In this document: piece by piece, positions 1-13,345 of the stretch
Numbering within the stretch: the stretch's first letter is position 1
How the letters are laid out: each line of letters begins with the position of its first letter
From: Xylographa opegraphella
Lineage: Eukaryota
Reading direction: 5' to 3'
DNA length: 60,356 nt
Assembly (NCBI GenBank): GCA_022813865.1
Contig: JALDZX010000033.1
Span: 186,001-246,356, forward strand
Position numbers and translations under genes: made by a program
Notes under the pieces: generated by a model
What the model was told of the DNA's origin: nothing
Databases searched by the model: none
The model's input: the letters and a program-made list of their open reading frames with translations, nothing else

Positions 1-1045
1 GATCTATTTTGTTGAGGGCGAGGACGGTTGGGAAGCGGGTGGTAACGAAGGCGGAGACGAGGTTGGAGATGGTTGGGGCATCCCATGTCTCAAGTGGGGT
101 ACGAAGAGGGATGGAATCGAGTGTAGCGGCTATCGTCTTGGGGGTGGAGCCATAACCTGATAGCTGTCCTTGCATTGTTTCGACCGCTGTGGCTTCTGGA
201 AGGAAAGTAAGCGGGTTATCCGGTAGAAGGAAAGAAAAGTGAGCGTACTGACGGCTATGTGGCGGCGTTTGAGGGAGCCCCTTTTTGCAACATCAGCGAG
301 AGCATAGACAGCAACAGTGGAACACTCTACCATTTCTCCATCAAATTACCCAGGATCCAGTTCTCGATCTCTGACCGCAGCCAGACGATATCTTGTGATG
401 GATCATAACCTCGGGTAGCCTTTCCTGAGATCAACAGACGTCAGCTGAGCCTCTACAGAAACCCTTTCCGCCTAGAGCTCCTCAAGAGTTTTCTACTCTC
501 TTGGTGGCTCTTCTCACCTTCTGCATCTGTAGTGCCGCTAACGTCCACCACGTGTATCAGAGCGTCCGCATGCCGCAAGTCATCAAGGAACTTGTTTCCC
601 AGTCCTTTACCCTCATGTGCCCCAGGAACCAAGCCAGCAACATCCAGAAGCTCTATAGGCACAGACCGTCTACCATCAACGCATGACCCGTAATTTGGCT
701 TACACCGATCGGATACATTGAAGCGGGCGCAGGCGCATGCGATTTGGAGGTAGCCGATGGCTCGCTGCGGATCGATTGTGGTGAACCTGCGCTTGTTTAA
801 GCAAGAGCATCCGGCTATGAGAATATGGCCTTACGGGAAGTTTCCTATTTCCAAACGTCAGCTCTAGCTACGTATGCTAAGTTTTGGGTTTGTTCGACAT
901 GCCGACTTTCGAGGTCGCATCGGTCAAGCTACCAACGTTCAGAGACCATATCTTGTTTCGTGACGACCGGAGCTTACCTGTTCAGAGTTGTAGATTTGCC
1001 AGATGAAGGCTTCCCAACAAGACCTATTAGCGGGTCGCGAGGCAT
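1..1045 (-). CDS. Obg/YchF-family GTPase (YGR210C-like), 5' part; runs off the left edge of the window
   Basis: Spliced translation [41 protein letters not shown]...[39 protein letters not shown] shows the G1, G2 and G3 motifs. Exons 978-1045, 903-928, 835-844, then 786 leftwards. Confidence 0.9.
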
Positions 1046-1243
1046 AGTATCGCAACGTAGTTCATCAAATGGATGTCCCGAGAAGTGACGAACTGAGTTG
1101 TGGTGGACTTTATCGATAAGCCCTACAAGGCTTGATCAAAGTCAACATCACTTCGATTGTTCAGTTGGCCAATGTCATGCTGCGACTCATGGCATCTTTT
1201 CAAAATAGGGTATTGCCGCTCCGTCGATCTTCAATGATAAGCG

Positions 1244-2023
1244 ATGGAATTATTATCGCTCATCCTGCTACTTTCTCTCGCCTCCACTATAATTGATACA
1301 TTACCACTCAATGTAACCATACAAACAAACCCCTCTCCTCCGCCACGCTGACAGCCCCTCTCCCAGTCCCCCCGGACCTCCAACACCACTCTCCTGACCG
1401 TACCTCTAAACCCTCTCCCCTCCCACCACCCGCGGCTCTAACCCCGACAGTTCGACTCCCTCCCCACCACCAACGGTCTCGCCCCCCTCCCCTCCCCTTA
1501 CCACCACCTCCTCTTCCGCTCCCTCTCCCTGTTCGCGCCCCGCTCCCCCTCCCTCCGCCACCTCATCAGCCCCCACGACCTCAACTGCGCCACGTCGGCC
1601 CCCAACGCCCTGATCGGCTCACGGGTCTACGACGAGGGCTTCGCGCCCTCCTCGATCGTCATTGCCAACGCGACCTCCATGCGCGCCGGCGGCCTGCTCC
1701 CGTATTTCTCACTCGAGTCCTTCAGCATCAAGCCGCTGGACGCGCCGGACGTGGGGACGACGGTCTATGTGAAGGGATACACGGTGGATGGAGACGAGCC
1801 GCTGCAGTGGGAGGTGGAATTTCCGGCCGGGTATCATCTGCCGTTTCGGGTGGAGATGGCGAAGCATAGCCTGGAGCTGTGGGAGCGGTTGGGCCGCGTG
1901 GAGATGTGGGCGGCGTACGGGGAGAGTGCGCTGGATTGGGAGTTCTGTGTCGATGATTTGGAGGTGCGGTTCTGGGAAGCGGGGGAGGGCCGAGAGACGT
2001 TGGTGGAACAATCGCGGATTTGA
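1244..2023 (+). CDS. Putative secreted hypothetical protein (about 3 exons)
   Basis: Hydrophobic N-terminus MELLSLILLLSLAS; two plausible GT-AG introns join it to LTFDSLP...PSPYHHLLF...ALDWEFCVDDLEVRFW (ORF 1679-2023). Confidence 0.6.
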
Positions 2024-2500
2024 TACTGCTGCATCCGAATTGGGCCCTCCGGTGCAGGAACTTAGGTATATATTACCGCGAATCTGAGCTCTGGTTTCAC
2101 GGTTTACTTAACAAGTCGGGTGTGAATCGATACTGTCAAGCGTTGTTCTATAAGAACATGAGCCGCCATCTGGTGTCATAATGTGATGGGAATAGTCATA
2201 AATCATTCGATACTGATGGGAGACATCATTGAGATACGTAAAGAGCCTCTCTTATTATGTCGATAGATTGATATAGTTCGGCAAAAGCCTCCAAGTAGTT
2301 CATGTCGCATGGTAAGTCACGTCAAAAGTTCTTGGCCAGTCACCAAAGATACACGCGACATTGGAAGACCGTCGTTCGTTAATTCCAACAGAAAATAAAT
2401 TCCCCCTCCCAGTCGCCGAGTCATACATTCAGACGAGAAATAAGTCCTTCCCTAGATATGGACAAGAAATTGCAGAAGAACAACTCGGCATGCACTTCAC

Positions 2501-5419
2501 TCAAAATGTGAATGTAGCTGCGTCCAACCCGTACTGCTCTGCGAGACTCGGCATCATGATGCCCCTGTATTCTGTCGTGTTTCCATGATCCACACTACTT
2601 AGCTCTTCTGCGCTCGTCAGACTCTCGTCGGACAAGCTGAACACGCTTTGTGCGGGAGGCGGGATGTGGGAAAAGCCGACGTTCACGTCCCACACATCTG
2701 GTGACCAATCATTGGCTGTTACAGCAGCTGGCGAAATTTCGATTGTGGGAGATGGGACGTTCAAGCTCGGAGATACATAATCGCTGTTGATAGTCTCATA
2801 GCTACTCCTGGGTCTAGGATTGAGACCAGGTTTTCTATTGTAGTTTTCAAACCTTGAGTTATTATCCAGATAGCTAGAACTATCAATATACCCGAGCAAC
2901 TGCTCCCAATCAGAAGTATGGCCAGTGGATCTGCTAGTGTCGGAACCGGCAGGAGTAGGAGGCGTATCGAACTCGAACGGCAAATAGTCAAGATTCGGTA
3001 GATTGGTGACGGCTGGAAGGGGTGGTGGTTTGCGAGGTCTTATCTCCGAGTTTGCACGTTTGAGAACTGGCTCGGACTGCGCAGTAGGAAGGCTCAGACT
3101 GCTATGCCGGGCGTACAGGGCAAGGTTTCCAAGATCACGCGAAGGTACTACAGGTCGGCGGGTGTTCATTGATTGCTCTCGTTTTATGGTATCGTTCGTA
3201 GTAAACGAAAATCGCGACGCGATCGCCTGGAGTTGTTTCCTTGCTGACTTTATATTTGATTGTGGAGCTGGCATCGCGGTATCACAATTCTTCCGAGAAG
3301 TTGCCTCAGCATCAATAAGATCGACCGAAGAGGTCGAGGTCGACGCTGCAAAACGGCCGACCGCAATGATTGAACACGCTACCTTTTTGAACGGAATCGC
3401 AGATGGTGCGAGATCGCGCTCTAAGGTTTGGATGACGGAGCAGACCAATCTTTGGTTGTCTCGAATGAGCCTTCCTTCTTGATTAAGATCAAGATTTTGA
3501 AAAAGCAAGCCAAAGCCCGCAAGGAGAAGAAGCTCGTCCTTATTGAGGCAAAAAGAGAAGTTCATCTTTCGCTCCGCAAGAAGTTGTACAATCTGTATGA
3601 TATGCTTGCTGGAATCCGCTAGGGCAATCACTGATGACGAGGTTTTGGACCCTAAGGATGAGGTAACAACAGGGCGATGAATCAAAGTTCGAGTGTAGTA
3701 ATATGCGAGAGACTTCGAAGTAGTCAGCAACGGGCCTTGAAAGTAGAAAATCAAGGCGACTCACCAGTAGTGGGGATCTACTGCTGATCACATTTGTGCT
3801 GGGCTTATCCTGTATGAATGTGAGACGGAGATGCGGTGCAAGATCGTTATTCCACTCATCAAGCTCATCACTGAGAGCGTCTATCTTCTGAAGAGAGGTT
3901 TCCCGGGACGTGTCGCCTGGGTAGACTTCTTGAAGCACCTTTGAAATTATTCTTGCTAAACGAAACAGGGCTAAAGCACTCGAGAGTTTCGTAGACTCGC
4001 CAGGTAATGCAGGTTGAAAGCCACGTTCAGTTACATTTTCATCGTCGACATCGGCGGGCAATTCTGTTTGAATATCGTTGTCTGTAAGAAGCTTGGGAAC
4101 ACCCATAACGGCGGCCGAGAAACTGCATGAGTCAGTACCTTGTTTGCCTACACACATCGCTTGTGGCGGATCCAGGACTTGGAGAACATACCAGTCAATT
4201 GTATACAAAGACCAAAATACTTTCTTCCTGGTCTCTCTGGTCAACGCGCCAAGTGAGAAGCGTTTCTGGCTCTGGTGCAGTCCGAATCGATGTGACAAAG
4301 TAACGGCAACACCTTTGTAGTGCAAAAGTCTGCTGTGGTTCCCTTGGACGATACAATAAATTTGAGCTAGAATGAGACATTGCAGGGTGGGCAGTGTTGC
4401 ATAAGTCATAACTGATTTTAATGCTGGCAACCACTGAAGCTCGAATCTACCGACCTCCATTGCTTCCGTCTAAAAGTATCGTTAGAAGACGTGACAAGTG
4501 TATTCCTCCATCCTATCTTACCTCGCTTGATAAAGCTGCGATGCCGAAGACAAGATGCAGTTGTGCAATAGAATGCGGATCCTTTATGGATGCAGGATTT
4601 GCAACATATTCACCGTACAATTTGAGGAAGGTCGGTCGATGTAGCACTGGGAACAGTGGTGCCCATTCTTGAAAGAATACATTGATCATTTGGTCGGATA
4701 AGAGCCGAGGAGGCACCTTCGAGCCTTCACTACCGACATGCTTGACAGAACCAGAATCAGATTGCGTTGCCGTGAGAGGGGTGGTCAACATCAGACGGCT
4801 ATTTGGTTTGAAGAAGGCCTTCGAGTCAAACGTAGAATTCGCTTTGCCGCTCTCCTGAAGTTTTGATTTGAATGCATCTAAAGCGTCAGCACAGCCAACC
4901 ATATCGAATCTATAGCCGAAACTTACCAACAAAGACTCTACCACTTGAAGCACCCATGAAATAAGGCTCCGATCGCTTATGGCCTTCAAGTAACAACGGA
5001 GATTGCTGAACCTTGAAGACGTCTTCCTTAGGCTGCGACGCCGAAGAGCTGCACTCCTCTTTCGAAGAGGACGAAGTCGAGATAGCTGATGGCCTCCTTG
5101 GCGACGAGAAAGAATGCATGCGCGATAACATGTCGATCTTTTCATCCTTCTCATCCAACAGGTCTTTCAACTCCCTGACCTCGCTTTCCAACGCCCTTAC
5201 GCGCTGTTCCAGCGACTCGGTGTACCCACGCGGAAAGGCTCTCCGGCTGAGTTTATCGCTTGTTTTGCATTCGAAACCCACGTTCGCACATTGCGAGCAA
5301 CACGGGGTAACTCCATCACACCTGATCTTCTTGCTTCGACACCTGTCACATGCCTGCGCAATCCGGCTTTGGGCGCTGGTGCCGACCTTGATCACTTTCA
5401 TAGGCAGAATTCCTGGCAT
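2501..5419 (-). CDS. facB: Zn2Cys6 transcription factor FacB/Acu-15 (Cat8/Sip4-like), acetate utilisation regulator
   Basis: [13 protein letters not shown]...[18 protein letters not shown]...[31 protein letters not shown], followed by a fungal TF middle homology region across several spliced ORFs. Confidence 0.9.
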
Positions 5420-5602
5420 CGCAGCGATTTTCCGTTGCAGACGAAGCTGCTCTTCAAGCCTCCGCGGACTCAATCAGGTCGTGCGTGCGTGTCTTTCGCC
5501 ACGATCTTCAGACTGTCCGTGGTTACAAAGAACAGAAAGTACAGAGTGGTAGTGACATAAAGAGGGATATCGGCACAAGAAACATGCTCTCGTCCCCTCG
5601 TG

Positions 5603-5828
5603 GTGGGGTGACAAAGGTCTTTAAAGCAGAAATGATCCCGTGGATCCTGATTTTGTAAGCTGGGGATCCTGAGTGGGGTGGTTGCCGATGTGGACGATTG
5701 GTCCATTTGATTTGTGGACGCATCGCTAGTACACTTCGACCATCAAAAGGCTTAAAGCCTAGCAACGGTAGTGGGCGACCACGCTGCCGCTACCCCAGAT
5801 CTCTTTCTTCGGGGATTTGAATGCGGGG
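5603..5828. promoter_or_regulatory. Cluster of CreA/Cre1-type SYGGRG sites upstream of facB
   Basis: GTGGGG 5603-5608, CTGGGG 5660-5665, GTGGGG 5673-5678, CCCCAG 5793-5798, GCGGGG 5823-5828. Confidence 0.5.
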
Positions 5829-6829
5829 ACTGCTCCGAGTCAACAGTTCATGAAGAGTCCCCTGGGATCACGAGGGAAAATAATACGAGAGCATTATGTA
5901 GCACCGCATCGACAGGATGAGCACTGCGCACACCTCGCTATGTGCTGTGATACGAATCAGGGGGGGCTTCGTCGCATCCCAATCTTGGCAACGAGTCACA
6001 AAAGCCTTACCTTGTGGTTGTTTGGGTCTTCAAGGACATGCTGTGCTAGAGAAGCGGCGAAGTCGATAAAGAGGATGGTCAAACACCTGCTTGGGAAGGA
6101 GGAAAGCTGGGGGAAGGAACTTAAGCTAGCTCGGTAGTGAGAAAATGTAGGACTAGCTCCGAGGTGCTAAGGTCCGTGCTTCAAGTGCCAAGCGCCCTTC
6201 GATTCAAGAAGTTAGCCTCAGGGGGTTACCGAACATACGGTACCCCCGTAGCCACCACGACCTGCTTTCGCCCGGCAGATATGGATGTGTCTAGCTGTCC
6301 TACGCTCTCGCTACACGTTTCAGTAGTGCTCAAAGCTGGAGAAAGTACTCTCGATGCGACGCTTTGCAATCGGCGACCAAAGGCACCACATGAGCCGGAG
6401 CATAAACGCCAAATCCCAGATTCGGTCAACTCATGGGAAGCAGAACCAGTGACACTCAACTGAAGGCTAGGGAGTTGCAGGAGGATGTTCAATAGGAGCT
6501 CGTAAGGTAGTCCCTTAGGGGGGTAGACTGCAGCCAAGAAGCTTTGTGGCTGTTGATTTTCGTGATCACGATAGAATGGAAGTAATGCGTACGATCCCGA
6601 CCACAGGAAAGTTCAGAATCGCACAATGTAGGAGAACGGTAGTTCATGACTCTCAAGACTCCGATGGTCGAGATTAGCCTGCCCCTCAGTGACACAATGA
6701 TAGCGGTGAATTTCTACCGGACTGCCGGCTATGTTGGCAACAGTGAATGTTTGATGAGCTTATACAGTCTTAAATGCAAACCTATTCTTTGGTATCAACA
6801 TAGGAGAGCAGCTCCTCGCTTCTGCTCCC

Positions 6830-7475
6830 TTAGACCAAACCGGCATCCTTGTTCTGCTTCTTGCTCTTCTGACTCCACTCCGGGGCCTCATCTTTTCCAG
6901 CCTCCTCGAGCTCATCGCCTTCCTCTTTCGTCTTGTGCACAGTCGTCGGGTTGTGTTCGGCTGGCGAGTAAATAGTGTAGAGGATCTGTCCGGACGGGCG
7001 CGTATTAGTATTCGGAGAAACCCATGAAGGCAGCACAACAACGCCATTGAAACTGTTCACTTACCAAAGGTGTTGGCCCCGTATTGACAAATTGATGCTG
7101 AGTGCCCGCCGGGACGATCACCAGATCACCAGCCCCAACGTCCTTCTCCTCGCCTGCAACAGTTGCCTTTGCCTTGCCGGAGGTGAAGGTCAACGCCTGA
7201 TCGACGGTGTGGACCTGGAGTAGTTTAACGTCCGTAAACTCGCCAGTGAGGAGAAAGGTGGTATCAAACCTCTTCGCCAATGTCTCCCCCGACGGGTATA
7301 GTCATCAGCACCACCTGCGAGTACAGTCCTGTCCAAAGGACCCTTCGGAACTCGCCAGACCCGGAGGGCAAGGCGTTGACCATGTTAGGAAAATGAACCT
7401 AGGACAGATCAGTAACCCTGTGTGGGAGTTGAAGGCATTCCATACCATCTTGTGCTTGGGTGGTTCGGTATTCAT
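6830..7475 (-). CDS. Cupin (RmlC-like) domain protein
   Basis: Spliced FRRVLWTGLYSQVVLMTIPVGGDIGEE-VHTVDQALTFTSG...GDLVIVPAGTQHQFVNTG carries both cupin motifs. Confidence 0.85.
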
Positions 7476-7972
7476 CTTGTTGGAGGCAGGTCTTTTGCTG
7501 GTGTATGCTAGTACGGGTGAGACAAGTCTTGGTTGCAACTGGGAGCCGCAAAGTCGTAGGTTTTTCGAAGAAAGTTGAATGAATCGAGAATAGCCGGTAT
7601 TCATCGTCGAATTGCGTGGGGAAATGTGATGGATTATCTAACTAGATAAAAGGAACATTGCATGGCGTTCAGAAGACGTCATCCTGAGAATCGATGACAT
7701 GTCCTCGCACCACTCTTTGGTACCACTTTGTCGCTCATAGAAGCATTACCGGAATTATTCAGCGGCATCCAAAAATTGGCATTAGAATATTTAAGGATGT
7801 TAATGTACGCATGGGATTAGATAGGATATCCTAATCAACACTAAAATACTAACATACACGGTACGAGACGGGAACGTCTGCAGCAGGTCTGCTCTATCGG
7901 ATCAGAGGGCTTCAGTACTAAGTGGAGCTACATGAGTGAAGCGCCAATTCATCAGATTGCCAGTCAATTCTA

Positions 7973-9859
7973 TCACGTGATACTGATTTCTGCCCTCGGG
8001 TCGACTCCGTAGAGACTTATCCCAGCCATCACAAATGTTTCTTCGTAAAATGTTTCGGGTGGAAAATCAGACGAGTTCGGGTCTTCATACCTGAATACCC
8101 CAGCAGATAGTGACTCATCCAGGACCAGCGAAACGCCCAACGATGATCCTATGATCATCCTTTTCGGCAGCATGTCTGCACCTTCGTATTCGATATGAGG
8201 AGCCCAGTGGTCGTCGAAACACGTCATAATGGAGTATGCCCGGATGCCCCCATAATCCTTTCGCCAGATGGAAGCCAAGTCTGGAGGGAGTGGACTTTGG
8301 CTGGCAGGTCTTAAGCTTTCCAGACGGGAATTCGTCCAGGGAGAAGGAATCACGACACCGTACATAACAGCAGGAATCGCCTGCAAATCTATGCACAGTT
8401 TCGGAGCTATCAGTAACATCGGAACAGAATTAAATGGGGATCAATCAGACGGGAGCGTCGATGAGGGAGCGTATGCATAATGAGGTAGTGTGATGGGAGA
8501 GCTAATAAAAAGCACAAACCAGTCGAAATGACATCTTTAGCACCTATATCGAGAAACGAAGCTGACGGCCAAGCTTCAATCACGCGAACTAGAGATCGAA
8601 AATCATTGCCTTTGAATATAAGGTGCATGGGATGTCCATGGAGGTGATACTGCGCGATGGATGTAGGCGCTGCAGTCACATTGTTTATAGTCTGCCACTC
8701 GTCGCCACTGGTTAGAGAATTGGGGTCAACGTCATTTGCCTGCCTTGAGAGAGATTGGCCCTGGCGAACTAGACCAAAAATGCAGAAGTCGTCGTTTCGC
8801 AACTGGAAACCATGGCCGCTGTATGATGTTTTAAGCGGAGAAGCAGATCTTTCAGAACGAAAAATCTGGTCTTCACGAGTAAATGCAGAAGAAGAAGATT
8901 CAGGTTTAAAGCTACGAGAGCCAGCGCTAATCTGTGGCGAATCGCAACCGAGTCCACTTGCATTGGACTGAATACCATTTTTGAGTATCAGTGGAGGACC
9001 GCCATGACCTTGGACTTGCGTGGAAGAAGTACATAATCCAAAGCAAAGCGTAGGAGGAACCATAGAAGAAGTGCTTTCGCCTTTTGAAGCTTGTAGGTCC
9101 TGTTCAGAATGGAAAAATTCAGATGGGGAAACAGAAGTCCTGGATTCGAAGTTATTGTCGAGATCCGGTGGAACACTACCACAGCTTTCGAGCTCTTTAT
9201 AAGCAGCACACAAGTTGGATGTTGAGCTTCTGCATGTGCGCGGATCACTATGACTATGTTGCAGATCACTAGGACTATGTGAAAAGCTCGACGAATCCAG
9301 GAACGCCAGATTGCTGCCATTCTCAGGCATTGCAGGTGAGGTCACGCTGCCATCGTGTGGGAGGCCATTATTGAAAGTCTGGAACGTGTTTTCGTCATAA
9401 TAGAAATCACCAGTGGAAAGATCCAGCTCGGATGCTACTGTATGGGATGCGCTAGACATGTAGCTTTCGTCTTCTGAAGCCAAGCGATCATTATCACTGT
9501 GCACAGAATCCAGTGTTGGCGCAAATAATTTGTGCGGATCGTCGATATTGGAGTCTTGGACGATACTGGCGATGAGCTGGAGTTCTTCGGGGGTGTACTA
9601 TGGCAGAGGTAAGAGGATGTGAAGAGCCATAAGTTTGAGGGTTCCCGCCTACTGAAATCTGAGCATTTTTGCTGCTATGTACGAAGTTTCGAGGAGGCGT
9701 GAACTCGTTAATAAGAGTATTCTCGTCCATCGCCTGAAAACTGTTGGACATGTCTTGAATTTCAGGAGGAAAAAAATCATTTTCGGGGCACACGCCCTGA
9801 TTCAAGACGGGTTGTCTATCATTGGACCTCTCGTCAGCCAAGTCTTGGGTGCGGCTCAT
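7973..9859 (-). CDS. Hypothetical protein, three exons, Ser-rich N-terminal half
   Basis: ORFs 9494-9859, 8410-9504 and 7973-8419 can be joined in frame by introns GTAGGC..CATAG (about 9652-9598) and GTTTGT..GATAG (about 8519-8408). No family recognised. Confidence 0.55.
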
Positions 9860-10742
9860 GTGGCGAATTGTAAATCTGCTGTTGTATACAGGAGGTTTTA
9901 TGAGCTTAAAGTAATAAACAAGCTACTATCTCACAAGTCCTTCGGATCAAAGACAAAGATAGGAAGGTGCTGACAAACAGCGTTTTCAGGAAGTCGCGTT
10001 GATGATATTGTCATGCATACACCAACTTGTATATCTCGGTTTCCTCCAACTTGACAACTACACTCTTAAGCCACCAAAGATATAGGATGGGATACAGCGT
10101 ACGTGTCAAAGTACGACTGTGTATGACATGGTGTTATGCTGTTGTATATGGACTGATCAATCCCTACCGGCAGCTATGCTTTCAACAGGTACATTATCGA
10201 AAGAATCACCAAGATTGAATATCGCAGATGATATACATGCTAGGTGACGAACGTATAGAAGATTTTCTGAGACCACCCACACCTTAATTCCAAGGGCATG
10301 AGTTGAAAGATCCGTGGATTGACCGAGAAGTGTATCGTAAAGTCCGAATCCCATGTTATGAGCTAGATTTGAGGAAGATACTAGTAATCAATCAGATGGT
10401 TGTGATTGTCAAAAAATTCCAAAGAGGACACCGATGTGGCTGTGCGCCTTAAGGTTGGGATGTGCATTCGATTGGCTGTTGTTGAGTTCGACGATAGTTT
10501 GGTGCAAGATTGAGCACCCGTACTCCGTCATGCTGACATGAAATCATGCGGTGTGACGAGAGCCGGAATCTTGGTTGAGGTAAATTTGTAGTCTAGCATT
10601 TCGAATACCAGTTATAGTTTAAGAGAGTAACGTTGGCATGTGCGCCAAATTCCTGGCATATGAGACAATCTTGGCTGTGGTCACCATGGCTCGTGAGCAA
10701 GGCTTTGTGATATATCTAGGTAGTTATTGATCATCCTTATGT

Positions 10743-12293
10743 CTAGCTAAAGTCGTCCTCATTAGCATTACCAACGGCCTGGACAGGTTCATTCATGATT
10801 TCTTCCGCATTTAGATATCTCTTAACCTCTGCTGTGCTGAGGAGATGTACAATCTAAAACTCCTATTAGCGTAGAAGATCGCAATACAATACATACATGC
10901 AGACTTACCGTGTCTTCAAACTCCGTAACGGCTTGGCGCAACAACTTTGCTTCCAAGCGCGACAATGCTAACGCAATCTTTTCGAACTCTGGTCTAACGA
11001 TTTGTTCTGCTGTAGTTAGCTTTGTTCGCTCCTCGTTAACTGCTTCATGTGCTTCAAGTTGGATTTTGATACGCTCGACGATGGCGACATATGCTCGCAA
11101 GCGGAAGACGTCCCACATGTTACTTCTCTCCAGACATTTCTCCAGAGCTAAGACACCATCTATAATTGCGCCTTCCCACAAAACTTGCAGTTCTCTTTCG
11201 CCGTTATTGCATTGAAGAACGCGGAATTCCAGACCATCTTCTTCGTTGACGCATTGAAGCCATACAAAGGGACCATACCATGACAGTTCGCCATAGGACT
11301 TATAAACACGGAAGCCCGGGGCAGCATCGAAGGCTTCTATTTTGGCAAGTTTCAGCGGGTCGTCATCAGGAATTTCGATGCCGAGAAAAAGTGATCGGGC
11401 GTCTTCGAGATTAGGGTCGATGAATCCGTATGAGAAAACCATTTCACATGCGCCTTTATCATCACCATACGTAATGAGCAGCTCTTCTCCGGCCTTGGGG
11501 GCCTTCCCGGTTGCAAGAACAAGTATCGCGTTTCCATGGGCATTCGTCTCGTATAAGGCGTTTGTCGCATCGCCAGAACCATGGTTTGCCATATCAATAC
11601 AGGGTACCAATGCCAAACCAGTGCCTGGCAAGTCCATCGCACGAGATCTGTACAAAGCATCAACTCGTAAGTAATCCTGGATGGTCAAGTATCCAAAATC
11701 TGCGTCCCACCAAGCCTTACAGCATTCCAAAGATTCTGTTGCAGTTCGCAGATGAGCAAATTCTCGATCTATAGCCTTTAATTTATTTCGGAGAGCCGGC
11801 GCTAGGGATGTTCCTCGCAGAAGCTTGCGCTCTTCATCGGTCCAGAATGTTGGCATGGAGAAGTTGGTCGGAAGAAATCGAATATAATCGTACCAAGGAT
11901 GTGCGTTCCCAATTCTTCGCGCAACATCCGATGAACTAGCAGTGACTTGAATAAGTAGAAAAACCAAAATGGCACCTCTAGCGTTCTGAAATAGTCAGTA
12001 CGATTCATATACATTTGGGATATTCTAACCTGGCCGAAGTCTCCTACGGCATGAAGAATACGGTTGAGATCCTGGTCCGACTTTGCAAATTCCCAAATTG
12101 TTTCTAGTGAAAGAACCAGTTCCCGTGGTACCGTCATCAGGACAGGGTCCTTGGCATCTGTGTCCTTCAATGTCACGATTCCAGAACCACGATCTGCTTC
12201 CATGACCGATATGGCAACTCCATTCAATTCCACATTATTCAGAGCAGACCAGGAAGGGAGTGCATTTATAGGCCATGAGCCCCAATGCAACAT
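10743..12293 (-). CDS. SET-domain lysine methyltransferase (Rkm/Efm, SETD3/6-like class)
   Basis: ALYRSRAMDLPGTGLALVPCIDMANH...GEELLITYGDDKGACEMVFSYGFI SET motifs; two introns; ends EDDFS*. Confidence 0.85.
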
Positions 12294-12986
12294 TATGAAA
12301 CTCCCTTGGATATGACGTGGAACGCAAGAAATGTTTACAACTCAGTGAGTTCAGTATTCGACCTGTAAACAACGTTCAATCAGGGATCATGGAGACCGGA
12401 CACGGAACCAAGATAATGAGAGGTGGTTGGATGATAAACCAGCGCTGCTTAACTGGCTCGATGCCCCGTGCAAAGGTAGATTTCGATTTGAGCAGGAAAT
12501 CAGGCCCATCCCGAAATAATCACTTTGAAGCAATGTGGAGTCGTAATGCTAATGAAATGTTCTGTGCTGACAAAGTTCAAGTCCCTTAGAGAGTGCTTGT
12601 AAGCATATCTCGTGATTTTTACAAAAGTTCAGGCTATCGATTCGCGAGGAAGGTATTTTGTAACGTGGAAATAGATATTCAAGACCATGGAAAGTCCTGC
12701 CAGGAGCTGGATGACGGAGGTTGGGACAAGCCTGCTCGAGGGCTGGCATTTGGGGGTATTTGACCCCGGATTTCGCTTGGGATATGATATCCTAGTCCCG
12801 CAATACTATCTAGTCCAACTCTAGTAAAATCGAAGTGAATTAGTCCTCATGTGTATTGATGTCATCCCATTGGTTTGAGACACAAGACATTTGTTGAAGC
12901 AGCTCCATCATCTTCGGTCAACTCTCCATCAGTGTAATTCCCAATTAAGTTCTCTAAGAACACATATTGGAATCCATCCAACTTCA

Positions 12987-13345
12987 ATGCCTTTCGTACG
13001 CCTCTCTACCATCCGCTCCTTTCACCCAATCCGCTCGTTCGCGACAGCACAACCTCGACTCGGAACAGAACCGGGCAGTACGAAGCCGTCCGATCATACC
13101 ACAAACAGCAAAGATGAGCTGGATGTACAGTCAGCCGCATCGAAGTCAGGAAAAAGAGAGCGCGTTGAAGACTCGCATGCTTCTGCCACCAGTGAGAGGG
13201 ATACTAGGAATGATAATGAGCGGGCGCAGAAGGAAAATCCAGAGTCTCCGATCGTGATTGGAATGAATGATGAGAGAGGCGGAGTATGCCTGCTACTGTG
13301 ATGAAACTTGACGTGGCGCTGACAAACTATCAGAAGGGACATTGA
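12987..13345 (+). CDS. Small conserved hypothetical protein, likely mitochondrial
   Basis: Arg/Ser-rich presequence-like start MPFVRLSTIRSFHPIRSFAT; C-terminal VIGMNDERGG spliced to KGH*. Confidence 0.65.
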
